Shown here: positions 1 to 8,212 of the stretch, in pieces
Layout of the letters: every line of letters begins with the position of its first letter
Numbering within the stretch: the first letter of the stretch is position 1
NCBI GenBank assembly: GCA_036272195.1
Contig: DATAZE010000049.1
Coordinates: 1-64,000, forward strand
Length of the DNA: 64,000 nucleotides
Direction: 5' to 3'
From: Verrucomicrobiia bacterium
Lineage (GTDB): Bacteria > Verrucomicrobiota > Verrucomicrobiia > Limisphaerales > DASXHY01
Made by a program: the position numbers and the translations under genes
The notes under the pieces: generated by a model
Told to the model about the DNA's origin: nothing
The model's database searches: none
Seen by the model: the letters and a program-made list of their open reading frames with translations, nothing else

Positions 1-211
1 GCAATGGACCGACGGCATGTTGTACCCGGTATTGCATCGGATGGAAAACAACGGCTGGATCAAGTCGCGCTGGGTGAAGATGGAGAACGGCCGGAAGCGG
101 AAATATTATTCGGTGAAAAAGGACGGGACGCGCGCGCTCGACGAACAGCGCGCGCAATGGCTTAAAGTCCACAGCGTTCTGACTCAATTATGGGGAGAAC
201 AATATGCGTAA
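1..211 (+). CDS. PadR family transcriptional regulator (5' partial, window starts inside gene)
   Basis: C-terminal PadR-like winged-helix motif (LYPVLHRMENNGWI...YYSVTKDG...). Stop TAA 209-211 overlaps ATG of next gene (ATGCGTAA). Confidence 0.7.
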   Translation, partial: QWTDGMLYPVLHRMENNGWIKSRWVKMENGRKRKYYSVKKDGTRALDEQRAQWLKVHSVLTQLWGEQYA

Positions 212-1061
212 CCTCGAAGAAAAAATCGCCGATTGGCGCGAGCAAATGGCCGCGGGGGGAATCAAGTCGCCCACGATCCTCGACGAATTGGAAAGCCATT
301 TGAGAGAGGAGATTGATATCAGGCTGGCTTGCGGCGACTCGGAATCCGCTGCTTTTGAACGCGGGGTTGTTTGGATCGGAACCCCGGGTGCGATACAAGC
401 CGAGTTCAACAAGGTGGAACGTACAGGTTGTCTGCCAATGAAAATTGGCGCAACGGTGTGGGCCGTATTGAGTCTCGGGGAGGCGATTGTGTTGTCGGGG
501 CTAATGTTTTCCGGAACGCTTCATTTACTCGTCGCGACACATATTTTTTGCCTCTGCGTGGGATATCTGGCGTCTTTTATCACCGGCGGATTGGCCATCT
601 ATTACGCTTACCGCCATTGGTTCGGGAACTTCTCGACCGCACAGCGACAATCCGTGGAGCGTGCGGTTCTTTGGTTCAGCCAGGCTGCTGCCGGACTGGC
701 CGTCGTGGGGTTCATCCTCGGCGTTTTGTGGAGCATACAAAATAGCGGCACCTATTGGGGCGGCACTCCGCGGGAGATCGGAGGACTGTGCGCTTCGGTC
801 TGGCTGGTGGTTTTGTGGAGCGTGCAACAGTTTTTTCGGAAGGACGCTTACGCGCGTATGCAGGCGTGCATCGGCGGGAATGTAATTATTGGTCTGGCAT
901 GGTCCGGAGCCGTGGTTTTGAGCGGCGACTCTCTGCCACGCCACCTCGGCGATTATTGGTTTATCGAACTTTTCCTTGGCTTGCATCTGGTCGTCTTCGC
1001 GATGGGACTCTCGCGCCGATTGAGCGGGCTAAATCGTCAACGAAAGGAATATGGTGTTTAA
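204..1061 (+). CDS. membrane protein, paralog 1 of PadR-linked family (conserved ~65-aa N-terminal cytoplasmic domain + multi-TM region)
   Basis: N-term motif I-x-[DE]WR-x-QM-x-GGIK-x3-[IV]LDELESHLRE[ED] shared with ORFs at 1051, 1720, 2787, 48498(-). Hydrophobic TM segments after aa ~75. ATG overlaps padR stop. Confidence 0.6.
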   Translation: MRNLEEKIADWREQMAAGGIKSPTILDELESHLREEIDIRLACGDSESAAFERGVVWIGTPGAIQAEFNKVERTGCLPMKIGATVWAVLSLGEAIVLSGLMFSGTLHLLVATHIFCLCVGYLASFITGGLAIYYAYRHWFGNFSTAQRQSVERAVLWFSQAAAGLAVVGFILGVLWSIQNSGTYWGGTPREIGGLCASVWLVVLWSVQQFFRKDAYARMQACIGGNVIIGLAWSGAVVLSGDSLPRHLGDYWFIELFLGLHLVVFAMGLSRRLSGLNRQRKEYGV

Positions 1062-1707
1062 CCTCGATCCAGCAATCACCGAGTGGCGGCGGAAAATGGC
1101 TGCCGGTGGAATCAAATCCCCCGCCGTGGTGGACGAACTCGAAAGCCATCTGCACGAAGACGTGGAACAGCAAATGCGAGCCGGAACCAGCGCCCGGGAG
1201 AGCGAGGCAAATTACCGCGTGAGCAATTAACCTCAAGCGGGTCAAAACAATATGCTTGAACTTGACCAGGCCAGGAGAAACCGGACACGAATGCTTTTGC
1301 AACGATGGTCGCTCATTGTCGGAATTGCATTTGTCTATTCCACCATGGCGGTTACGTGGTTCATCGGTTTGCGGCAGGGAAAAATCGAACTCACGTGGAT
1401 CGAAGTCGTTCTCGCGTTGGGCGCGATGGCACCAATGGTCCTGCTGGGTCGCGCCGGGCGAGCGCTGGCGAAATTCCTGCCGCTCGTCCACGAAAACTGG
1501 GTCATTGTCATGGCGCTCTCTGCGCTCTTCCTCGGGGCGGCCGTATTGAGAACGTTTTTCAATGAGCTATCGCCGGCCAATCTCGTTCAGGTCCAGGTGA
1601 TCGCGCTCTGGAGCCTTTCGCCGACGCTTGGATTTGGAAGCTGCGTTTCGGCCTGGTACGACCGGTCGCTGGCGGCACGGGAGAACGCGAGGACGGTCAA
1701 CGTTTAA
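1051..1707 (+). pseudogene. paralog 2 of the same family, interrupted by in-frame TAA at 1228-1230 (N-domain 1051-1230, TM part 1252-1707 in same frame)
   Basis: 1051 and 1252 are in the same reading frame. Sequence across the stop (…YRVSN*PQAGQNNMLELDQARRNRTRMLLQRWSLIVGIAF) aligns with the paralog 4 linker (…QQIGQLERLKAEFEKTETNERKLMKRGLIIGAGV). ATG at 1051 overlaps stop of paralog 1 (ATGGTGTTTAA). Confidence 0.45.
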
Positions 1708-1719
1708 AAAACTTCGGTT

Positions 1720-2781
1720 ATGTTCGATCTCGATCTGGCAATTTCGGAATGGCGGCGGCAAATGTCCGCTGGCGGAATCAAGTCGCGCGAAGTGCTCGCC
1801 GAGTTGGAAAGCCACCTGCGCGACGATGTAGAACAACAAATGCGCTCCGGCATCGCCGCCGAAAAGGCATTTCATGAAGCGGTGCGGCGGATTGGTCCCG
1901 CGGACAAAGTCCGAGTCGAATTTGCCAAGGTGGCTGCGCCTCCCGCACTGTCCGGCATGAAATTGTTGCGCGTTTGTTGTGCTGGCATGGCCGTGTTTAT
2001 TGCCGTCATTGAGACCTGGCTGCTGCTCATGTCTGAAGTGACACCGGTGGAGCGAATTTTAGGAATGACGTTTGTTTGTTTGATCGCGGCTTACGTAGGC
2101 GCCCTTCCCTATCTCAATCAAAGACTGTTTCCGGGCGTGCGCGGCGCTGCGCTGAGAAATGTGCTCGGCGCGGTCTGTAATTTCGGAGGATTGTTATGGG
2201 TGTCGCTGGCCCTCCTTGGCGCTTTGAACGTGATTCGTTTGCCGAATGGAATTCTTTTCGATCTAGTGGGCTGGTCACTGCTCGGCGCCGGGACCGCAAC
2301 GATTTTTGTGATCGCGCACGGAACTGATTGGGATCTGCTCGGGCTTTGGAGCCCGGCGGTCAAGCAGTGCTTTGAAACCGCCACCGAGGAGGCATTTCGG
2401 TTTCGCCACGATTTTGTCGGCACCGAACATGTGTTGCTCGGGTTGCTGCAATCCGATGACAGAATCGTTTCAAAGGTCTTGGGAAAGTTGGACGTAAGCC
2501 GCGAAACAGTGCGTGCAGAAATTGAAAAAATTGTCGGCCTCGGGCCGCAATTGCAATCGACCCCAAAACACGCACCGATTTACACACCACGGGCGAAGAA
2601 GGCCATCCGCCTCGCAATGAAAGAGGCGCGGGATTTGAAACGCGACCGTGTGGAAGCGGAGCACATTTTTCTGGGGTTGCTGCTGGAAGGCAGCGGCGTG
2701 GCGGCGCTGACTCTCAAAAACCTGGGCGTGAACCCCGGCGCTGCGCGCTACGAAATTCTCAAGGAATCACGCCTCGCTTAA
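1720..2781 (+). CDS. paralog 3: N-terminal family domain + ~4 TM helices + C-terminal Clp_N (ClpA/B/C N-terminal) double-repeat domain
   Basis: C-terminal ~140 aa: FVGTEHVLLGLLQSDD..VSKVLGKLDVS...TPRAKKAIRLAMKEARDLKRDRVEAEHIFLGLLLEGSGVAALTLKNLGVN = canonical two-repeat Clp_N fold signature. The N-term motif matches the family. Confidence 0.7.
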   Translation: MFDLDLAISEWRRQMSAGGIKSREVLAELESHLRDDVEQQMRSGIAAEKAFHEAVRRIGPADKVRVEFAKVAAPPALSGMKLLRVCCAGMAVFIAVIETWLLLMSEVTPVERILGMTFVCLIAAYVGALPYLNQRLFPGVRGAALRNVLGAVCNFGGLLWVSLALLGALNVIRLPNGILFDLVGWSLLGAGTATIFVIAHGTDWDLLGLWSPAVKQCFETATEEAFRFRHDFVGTEHVLLGLLQSDDRIVSKVLGKLDVSRETVRAEIEKIVGLGPQLQSTPKHAPIYTPRAKKAIRLAMKEARDLKRDRVEAEHIFLGLLLEGSGVAALTLKNLGVNPGAARYEILKESRLA

Positions 2782-2786
2782 CCAAT

Positions 2787-3215
2787 ATGTTCAACCTCGA
2801 ACACGAAATCGCGGAATGGCGGCAGCAAATGATCTCCGTGGGGATCAAAAATCCCGCCGTGCTCGATGAGTTGGAAAGTCACCTCCGCGAGGATATGGAG
2901 CACAGAATTCTGTATGGCGAAGCGCAAGACACCTTTCAAAAGGCAACGCAACAAATCGGCCAACTGGAACGGCTCAAGGCGGAATTTGAAAAAACGGAAA
3001 CAAACGAAAGGAAGCTTATGAAACGAGGTCTCATTATCGGCGCCGGAGTCATTGGCATTTTGGTAGGCATGGGGTTTGTAACACCGGCAGTGGCGCAATA
3101 TCAGCATGAAGGAGTGATGAAGAACGCCGAACCGTGGTTGTTTCTACTCGGAAGCCTGCTCACGCTGGCGAGCTTTGGTTTGGCGATTCGAGGCCTGAAA
3201 AAGAGCCGGGCTTGA
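2787..3215 (+). CDS. paralog 4: N-terminal family domain + 2 TM helices
   Basis: MFNLEHEIAEWRQQMISVGIKNPAVLDELESHLREDMEH... followed by hydrophobic segments. Confidence 0.6.
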   Translation: MFNLEHEIAEWRQQMISVGIKNPAVLDELESHLREDMEHRILYGEAQDTFQKATQQIGQLERLKAEFEKTETNERKLMKRGLIIGAGVIGILVGMGFVTPAVAQYQHEGVMKNAEPWLFLLGSLLTLASFGLAIRGLKKSRA

Positions 3216-3258
3216 TTACCCTCCCCCGGACACGTCCTTCTCCGCGCCGAAATTTGTT

Positions 3259-3287
3259 TTGCGCGGAACCACCGGCAAAGCTATTTT
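3259..3287 (+). promoter_or_regulatory. putative sigma70 promoter for tRNA-Gln (TTGCGC-17 nt-TATTTT)
   Basis: -35 TTGCGC 3259-3264, 17-nt spacer, -10 TATTTT 3282-3287, 10 nt before mature tRNA 5' end. Same architecture as the promoter upstream of tRNA-Arg(CCG). Confidence 0.4.
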
Positions 3288-3297
3288 CCTTTCGGCT

Positions 3298-3371
3298 TGG
3301 CCGATGGTGTAATGGTAACACAGTGCCCTTTGGAGGCATTATTCATGGTTCGAATCCATGTCGGCCAGCCA
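3298..3371 (+). tRNA. tRNA-Gln (anticodon UUG), CCA encoded
   Basis: Manual cloverleaf: acceptor TGGCCGA/TCGGCCA, D-stem GTGT/ACAC, anticodon stem GTGCC/GGCAT with loop CTTTGGA (U33, anticodon TTG, R37), T-arm CATGG-TTCGAAT-CCATG, discriminator G. Confidence 0.85.
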
Positions 3372-3425
3372 CTTCTTTCCCCTTTTACCCATTTTTGATT
3401 TACGACCGTGTGGCCGTCTCATCGA

Positions 3426-4805
3426 TCATCCATTCCCAATGCGCTGACGCACAAAGCCGATGTGCTCGCGTAACCCATAAAACTGTCCAGCAAAGGATGC
3501 CGGAACTTTCATGCGGTTCACGGTTTCTTCGATCTGATCCAGTCGCCGCCGCAGTTCTTCGCGTTTGGCTGGTGAGATTTCACCGAACAATTCCCGTTCG
3601 ACTTTCAGCAAGTTGCGATACCAGCGATAAATTCGCAGTTGGGTTCGCAATTTGTAAGCCGTGGGAACCAGCTTCAATCCGGGAATCAACAGCAACACCA
3701 TCGGCACAATCGCCACCAGCAATCTATTCACCAGGCTGGCGAGCCAAAAAGGCAAAGACCGATAAAGAAACGTTTTTCCGGATTCGTAATAGCGCGTGGC
3801 TTCGGGATTGATTTTCAATTCCTGTTTGAGGGGCGCCGGAAATTCACCACGCCGTTGAAGCAGTGTGGCGTTGCCGTGCACCTCCCGCGCGGCTTCGAGC
3901 AACAAATCGCAGAGGGCCGGATGCAATCGCGCGCGTCCCACCAATTCCACCGTGGGGCCAATCAGGTGCACGTCGTAGGGCGGCAGATCCTTGCCGAGGT
4001 CGATCGAACCTCGTGGCAGGTCGAGTCTGTTCAAATAGGAAAATCGCCGCGTGTAGCCATCCGCCTGCTTGAAATCGTACATCTGGACGCCCGGCGCGCG
4101 GAGCAAAGTGCGCATGGTTTGAGGCGAAGCGGAATCGCCCATCAGAAAAACGGCGTCGACTTTGCCATCCAACAAACCTTTCGCGGCATCTTCCGCATCC
4201 AAATCAAGAAATGTCGTTGTTCCGTCAGCACGAACGCCATTGGTCCCGAGCAAAGTCAGTGCGAGCGTGCGCGCCCCACTGCCAGGAGCGCCGACGGCAA
4301 GTTTTTTGCCAGCGAAGTCGGACAAGAGATTTACCGGCGCTGAACTCCGATAAAATATCAACAGGGGCTGATAAGAAATGCTGCCGAGGGAAAGCAGGCT
4401 GGAATTTTGATCGGATTCCGGCTCGCCGGTTTGAACGAAACCGATGTCCACGCGAAATTTCGGATTGGAGAGCCGGCGGAGGTTTTCCACGGAACCTTCC
4501 GAAGGGAGAATTTTCAATACCACTCCATTGCTCGAAAGGATGTCACGATACCGTTCGGCAATGCGCTCATAGGAACTGCCGGCCGGCCCGCTCGTGATAA
4601 TCAAGGTCCGGGGAGGCGCTGAATGAATCGACCAAAAAATCGCCGCGACTATTACCGCCACGATAAAAAGAACCGTGCCCGCCGCGGCTGTCCGCGTCAT
4701 CCCAAAATTCTCCGTGAACGTGGACAGCACTTGCGAAACGACCATCGGTTCGCTTTTTCCCGTGCTGTCGGGCCCGCGCGTATTTTCTTTTTCGTCGGAG
4801 TTCAT
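3426..4805 (-). CDS. TAXI-family TRAP-transporter solute-binding protein-like, with C-terminal TM helix and coiled-coil tail
   Basis: LIITSGPAGSSYERIAERYRDIL...SEGSVENLRRLSN...VDIGFVQTG resembles the TAXI (TIGR02122-like) N-terminal region. N-terminal signal anchor, C-terminal hydrophobic helix + charged coiled coil. Confidence 0.5.
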   Translation of the reverse strand: MNSDEKENTRGPDSTGKSEPMVVSQVLSTFTENFGMTRTAAAGTVLFIVAVIVAAIFWSIHSAPPRTLIITSGPAGSSYERIAERYRDILSSNGVVLKILPSEGSVENLRRLSNPKFRVDIGFVQTGEPESDQNSSLLSLGSISYQPLLIFYRSSAPVNLLSDFAGKKLAVGAPGSGARTLALTLLGTNGVRADGTTTFLDLDAEDAAKGLLDGKVDAVFLMGDSASPQTMRTLLRAPGVQMYDFKQADGYTRRFSYLNRLDLPRGSIDLGKDLPPYDVHLIGPTVELVGRARLHPALCDLLLEAAREVHGNATLLQRRGEFPAPLKQELKINPEATRYYESGKTFLYRSLPFWLASLVNRLLVAIVPMVLLLIPGLKLVPTAYKLRTQLRIYRWYRNLLKVERELFGEISPAKREELRRRLDQIEETVNRMKVPASFAGQFYGLREHIGFVRQRIGNG

Positions 4806-4844
4806 TGAAATCTTCTTCTGTTTTCGGCTCGTGATTTTCGCGGC

Positions 4845-5894
4845 TTAATTTTCTCCCGACGGCGGCGGAAGGCTCACCGTTGACGACACTGGTTTTCCAA
4901 AATTCGGCGTTCCGTCCGCGTTCCAGGTGAACGGCTGGATGCGGACATCGCGGCGCTTGCTGTCCTTTGCGACGAGCGCGTGATAAACAATCCAATCTTC
5001 CTTACCGTCCGGCGATTTTGTGAAGGAGCAATGCCCGGGCCCAAAGACATCCTCGGTCCGCGCAAAAACGGGTTGCGCTGTTTTGGTCCACGACTTCGGA
5101 TTCATCACGTCACCGCCCATCCAATTCAGTTCGCCGAGGCAATAATTCACATCCCAAAACCCGCTCGCAGAATAGATAATGAACAACCGACCATTGTGCC
5201 AGAGCGTTTCCGGGCCCTCGTTGATATGTGGAAAATCGTGTTGCTCCCAGCTTCGATCCGGTTGCGAAATGCAGACTCGTTCACCGCTGATCGTCCAGGG
5301 ATTGCTCATGGGCGCGATGTAAAGATTTTGCACGCCATCCGTTGCCTCCGGCCAACCGGCCCAGATAAAATAAAGTTTTCCCTCCAGCATTTCGAGCACG
5401 GTGCCATCGATGGCCCAACAGTCGATTGGTGCCGCAATTTTGCCCTTGAACGCGAAAGGCGCTTGCGGATCGTTCGCCGTGCCTTCGAGAACGTACATGC
5501 GATGATGCGGGTTGGCGCCGTCGTCCGCGGCGACGTAAATGTACCATTTGCCTTGAAGGAAATGCAGTTCGGGCGCCCAAATCTCGCGTGAGTAAGGCGT
5601 GTTGGTTGGAGCCTGCCAGACGCATCGCCAATGGTCGACGCCGATGTCCTCCAACCGCGTCGCACGATTCACCCAGACGCCGCTTCCCCGCGATTGGCAA
5701 AGGAAATAATTGGTTCCCTCGCGAATAACCCACGGGTCTTGTCCGTGTGCGACCACGGGATTTTTAAATTCGCGGTGTGCGTTTTGGCAAATCGCCGGGA
5801 GCGGCGCGCCAAAAACCAGAAGCAGCGAAAGCAAAGCAAACGGCAAACATTTCGAGTTCATCAACGGGGCGAATTTATCTCTCCAGCTTTCCAT
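4845..5894 (-). CDS. glycoside hydrolase family 43 protein (secreted)
   Basis: GH43 hallmarks: HGQDPWVIREGTNYF (catalytic Asp region), IWAPELHF..GKWYIYVAADDG, signal peptide. Confidence 0.75.
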   Translation of the reverse strand: MESWRDKFAPLMNSKCLPFALLSLLLVFGAPLPAICQNAHREFKNPVVAHGQDPWVIREGTNYFLCQSRGSGVWVNRATRLEDIGVDHWRCVWQAPTNTPYSREIWAPELHFLQGKWYIYVAADDGANPHHRMYVLEGTANDPQAPFAFKGKIAAPIDCWAIDGTVLEMLEGKLYFIWAGWPEATDGVQNLYIAPMSNPWTISGERVCISQPDRSWEQHDFPHINEGPETLWHNGRLFIIYSASGFWDVNYCLGELNWMGGDVMNPKSWTKTAQPVFARTEDVFGPGHCSFTKSPDGKEDWIVYHALVAKDSKRRDVRIQPFTWNADGTPNFGKPVSSTVSLPPPSGEN

Positions 5895-6019
5895 TGACGA
5901 TAAAAAATCGGGCTGCTGGACTTTAAGACTGGTCGGCGGGACGCTTGTGGTCCCAAGCTATCCTTACCGTTCGACAAGTTTCTCCTCCTGGCGCATGATG
6001 ACGGGATACTTTTGGAAGA

Positions 6020-8080
6020 ATGCCTGCGAAGTCCGCCACATTCACGCCGCCGAACCGAACGGATCGGTGGCAAGCCATCTTGCCGGGATTGGCGATAGTC
6101 CTGCTGGTCGTGGTTGCCTACCTGCCCGCGTTGCACGGGCAGTTCATTTGGGATGACGATTTTCACGTCCTCAAAAACGCCTCTTTGCGTTCGCTAAGCG
6201 GGTTGTGGCGTATCTGGTTTGAACCGGGCGCGACGCAACAATATTACCCGATCACCTACTCGAGCTTTTGGATCGATTACCACTTATGGGGAATGAATCC
6301 CCCGCCCTATCACGCTGAAAATATTTTCCTTCATGCGCTCAATGCGCTGCTGGTCTGGCAACTCTTGCGGCGATTGAGCGTGCCCGGCGCGTGGCTCGGC
6401 GCGGCGCTGTTTGCGTTGCACCCGGTTTGCGTTGAATCGGTGGCGTGGGTCAGCGAACGGAAAAACACGCTTTCGGGATTCTTTTTTCTGATGTCCTTAT
6501 TCGCGGCCATTGAATTCTGGCTGCCTCGACGAAACGAAATCAAAAAGACCAACAGCCTCAAAGACACTGAATTCATTTTTGGGCCATGGAAGTTTTACTG
6601 GCTCACCCTATTCCTCTACCTATGCGCGCTGTGGTGCAAAACCGTCACCGCCGGCTTGCCAGGCGTCATCCTGGTGCTGGCCTGGTGGAAGCGCGGGCGA
6701 CTGCGATGGAAGGACGCACTTTTAGTCCTGCCGTTTTTGGCGCTCGGAATCGGAATCGGATTACTCACGGTTTCCATTGAGCACAAATCAATTGTCGACG
6801 CCGCAAATCTCGATGAATGGAAGCTGTCGTTACCGGCGAAGTTTTTCATCGCGGGACGGGCGTTCTGGTTTTATCTGGGAAAATTATGCTGGCCGTATCC
6901 GCTGATTTTCATTTACCCGCGCTGGAACATCGAGAGTCTGCGAGTAGTAAATTATCTACCACTGGCGGCTGCGGTTGCCGGATTTGCATTGTTGTGGTTC
7001 AAGCGCCGCGCGTGGGGTCGAGCGCCGTTGGCGGCGGCGGGTTATTTCGTCATTGTGCTCTTCCCGGCGTTGGGGTTCGTGAACATCTTTCCCTTCCGCT
7101 ATTCTTTTGTGGCAGATCATTTTCAATATCTCGCCACAATCGGACCACTGGCGTTGGCGGCAGCAGGCATCAGCGCTCTGCTGACGCGATTACCTGAAAA
7201 AAATGCCACGGTAAAACGGTCGCTGGCAGGTGCGCTTTTATTAGTAATGGCGGTGCTGACCTGGCGGCAAACGGGAATTTATCGCAATCTCGAAGTCCTC
7301 TGGCGCGATACGCTCGCGCGCAATCCGGGCGCATGGATGGCGCATGATAATCTAGGCCGCTACCTGACTGGGGCGCGGCGTTTTGACGAAGCGAAGGTTG
7401 AATATCACAAGGCCATCGAGATTCGGACGAACGATCACGTGGCCTATTATGATCTGGGATTGGAAGCCGCCATGTTGGGGAACCTCGACGAGGCGAAACA
7501 GGATTTCACAAAAACCCTCGAACTTTGCCCGACCTTCGCCACGGCGCATTACGAAATGGGCAATGTCTTCACGCGTGAGGGTAACCTGGATGAAGCAATT
7601 CACGAATACAAAGAGACGCTCAAGGCGATTCCCGGTCTCGTGTTGGCTCATTTTAATCTCGCCAACGCGCTGGCCCGGCAGGGGAAGCTGGAGGATGCTG
7701 TCGAAGAATATAAGCGGACGTTGGAAAAAGATCCGGACTACGCACCGGCGCACGCTACGCTGGGCCGAATCATGGCTTCGCGCGGAAATGTTGAGGGAGC
7801 GATCGAGCATTACCAGGCCGCGTTGGAGAGCGATCCGAATTCTTTGGAAGCGCTCGTGAATCTCGCCAACGCGCTGGTTTCCAAAGGGCAGTTGGACGAG
7901 GCGGTCACGCGCTATCACGAGGCGTTGCAATTGGATCCCAACAGCCCCGTAATCCACTTCAATTTATCCGTGGCGTTGGCGAAGCAAGGCAATGCCTCGG
8001 AGGCAGAACACGAGCGCACGGAAGCGCAACGACTCCAAGCCGAACGCTCGGCAGCTGGTGGGACGCGCCCGGCGAATTAG
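6020..8080 (+). CDS. TMTC/PMT_2-like multi-TM protein with C-terminal TPR repeats (putative O-mannosyltransferase-like)
   Basis: N-terminal YLPALHGQFIWDDDFHV...YYPITYSSFWIDYHLWG (DUF1736/PMT_2-like) + ~10 TM. C-terminal 34-aa TPR repeats (AHxNLGxxL.xxGxxxEA...). Confidence 0.65.
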   Translation: MPAKSATFTPPNRTDRWQAILPGLAIVLLVVVAYLPALHGQFIWDDDFHVLKNASLRSLSGLWRIWFEPGATQQYYPITYSSFWIDYHLWGMNPPPYHAENIFLHALNALLVWQLLRRLSVPGAWLGAALFALHPVCVESVAWVSERKNTLSGFFFLMSLFAAIEFWLPRRNEIKKTNSLKDTEFIFGPWKFYWLTLFLYLCALWCKTVTAGLPGVILVLAWWKRGRLRWKDALLVLPFLALGIGIGLLTVSIEHKSIVDAANLDEWKLSLPAKFFIAGRAFWFYLGKLCWPYPLIFIYPRWNIESLRVVNYLPLAAAVAGFALLWFKRRAWGRAPLAAAGYFVIVLFPALGFVNIFPFRYSFVADHFQYLATIGPLALAAAGISALLTRLPEKNATVKRSLAGALLLVMAVLTWRQTGIYRNLEVLWRDTLARNPGAWMAHDNLGRYLTGARRFDEAKVEYHKAIEIRTNDHVAYYDLGLEAAMLGNLDEAKQDFTKTLELCPTFATAHYEMGNVFTREGNLDEAIHEYKETLKAIPGLVLAHFNLANALARQGKLEDAVEEYKRTLEKDPDYAPAHATLGRIMASRGNVEGAIEHYQAALESDPNSLEALVNLANALVSKGQLDEAVTRYHEALQLDPNSPVIHFNLSVALAKQGNASEAEHERTEAQRLQAERSAAGGTRPAN

Positions 8081-8212
8081 CGCGCCGCGCCACGTTGATG
8101 ACTGGACACCATCGGCGCATTTCGACATTCTTGTCGCGTGACCAAAAGAGGCACAGTCTTCGTGACACAGTTCGCCGGCGACTGTCCATTCCTTTTGTAA
8201 CGCGACAATATT

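Noticed and set aside
1252-1707. Stand-alone 151-aa membrane protein gene
   Set aside because: It is in frame with and contiguous to the N-domain ORF 1051-1230, and the junction aligns with paralog 4, so it is treated as the distal half of an interrupted paralog (see findings).
3216-3297. Hairpin TCCGCGC-N13-GCGCGGA downstream of paralog 4 as an intrinsic terminator
   Set aside because: It has no U-tract and overlaps the putative tRNA-Gln -35 region; its function is ambiguous, so it was not called.
7352-7957. 201-aa minus-strand ORF and 158-aa plus-strand alternative frame (7383..7859)
   Set aside because: Both overlap the TPR-repeat region of the 6020-8080 gene, whose frame gives canonical TPR repeats.
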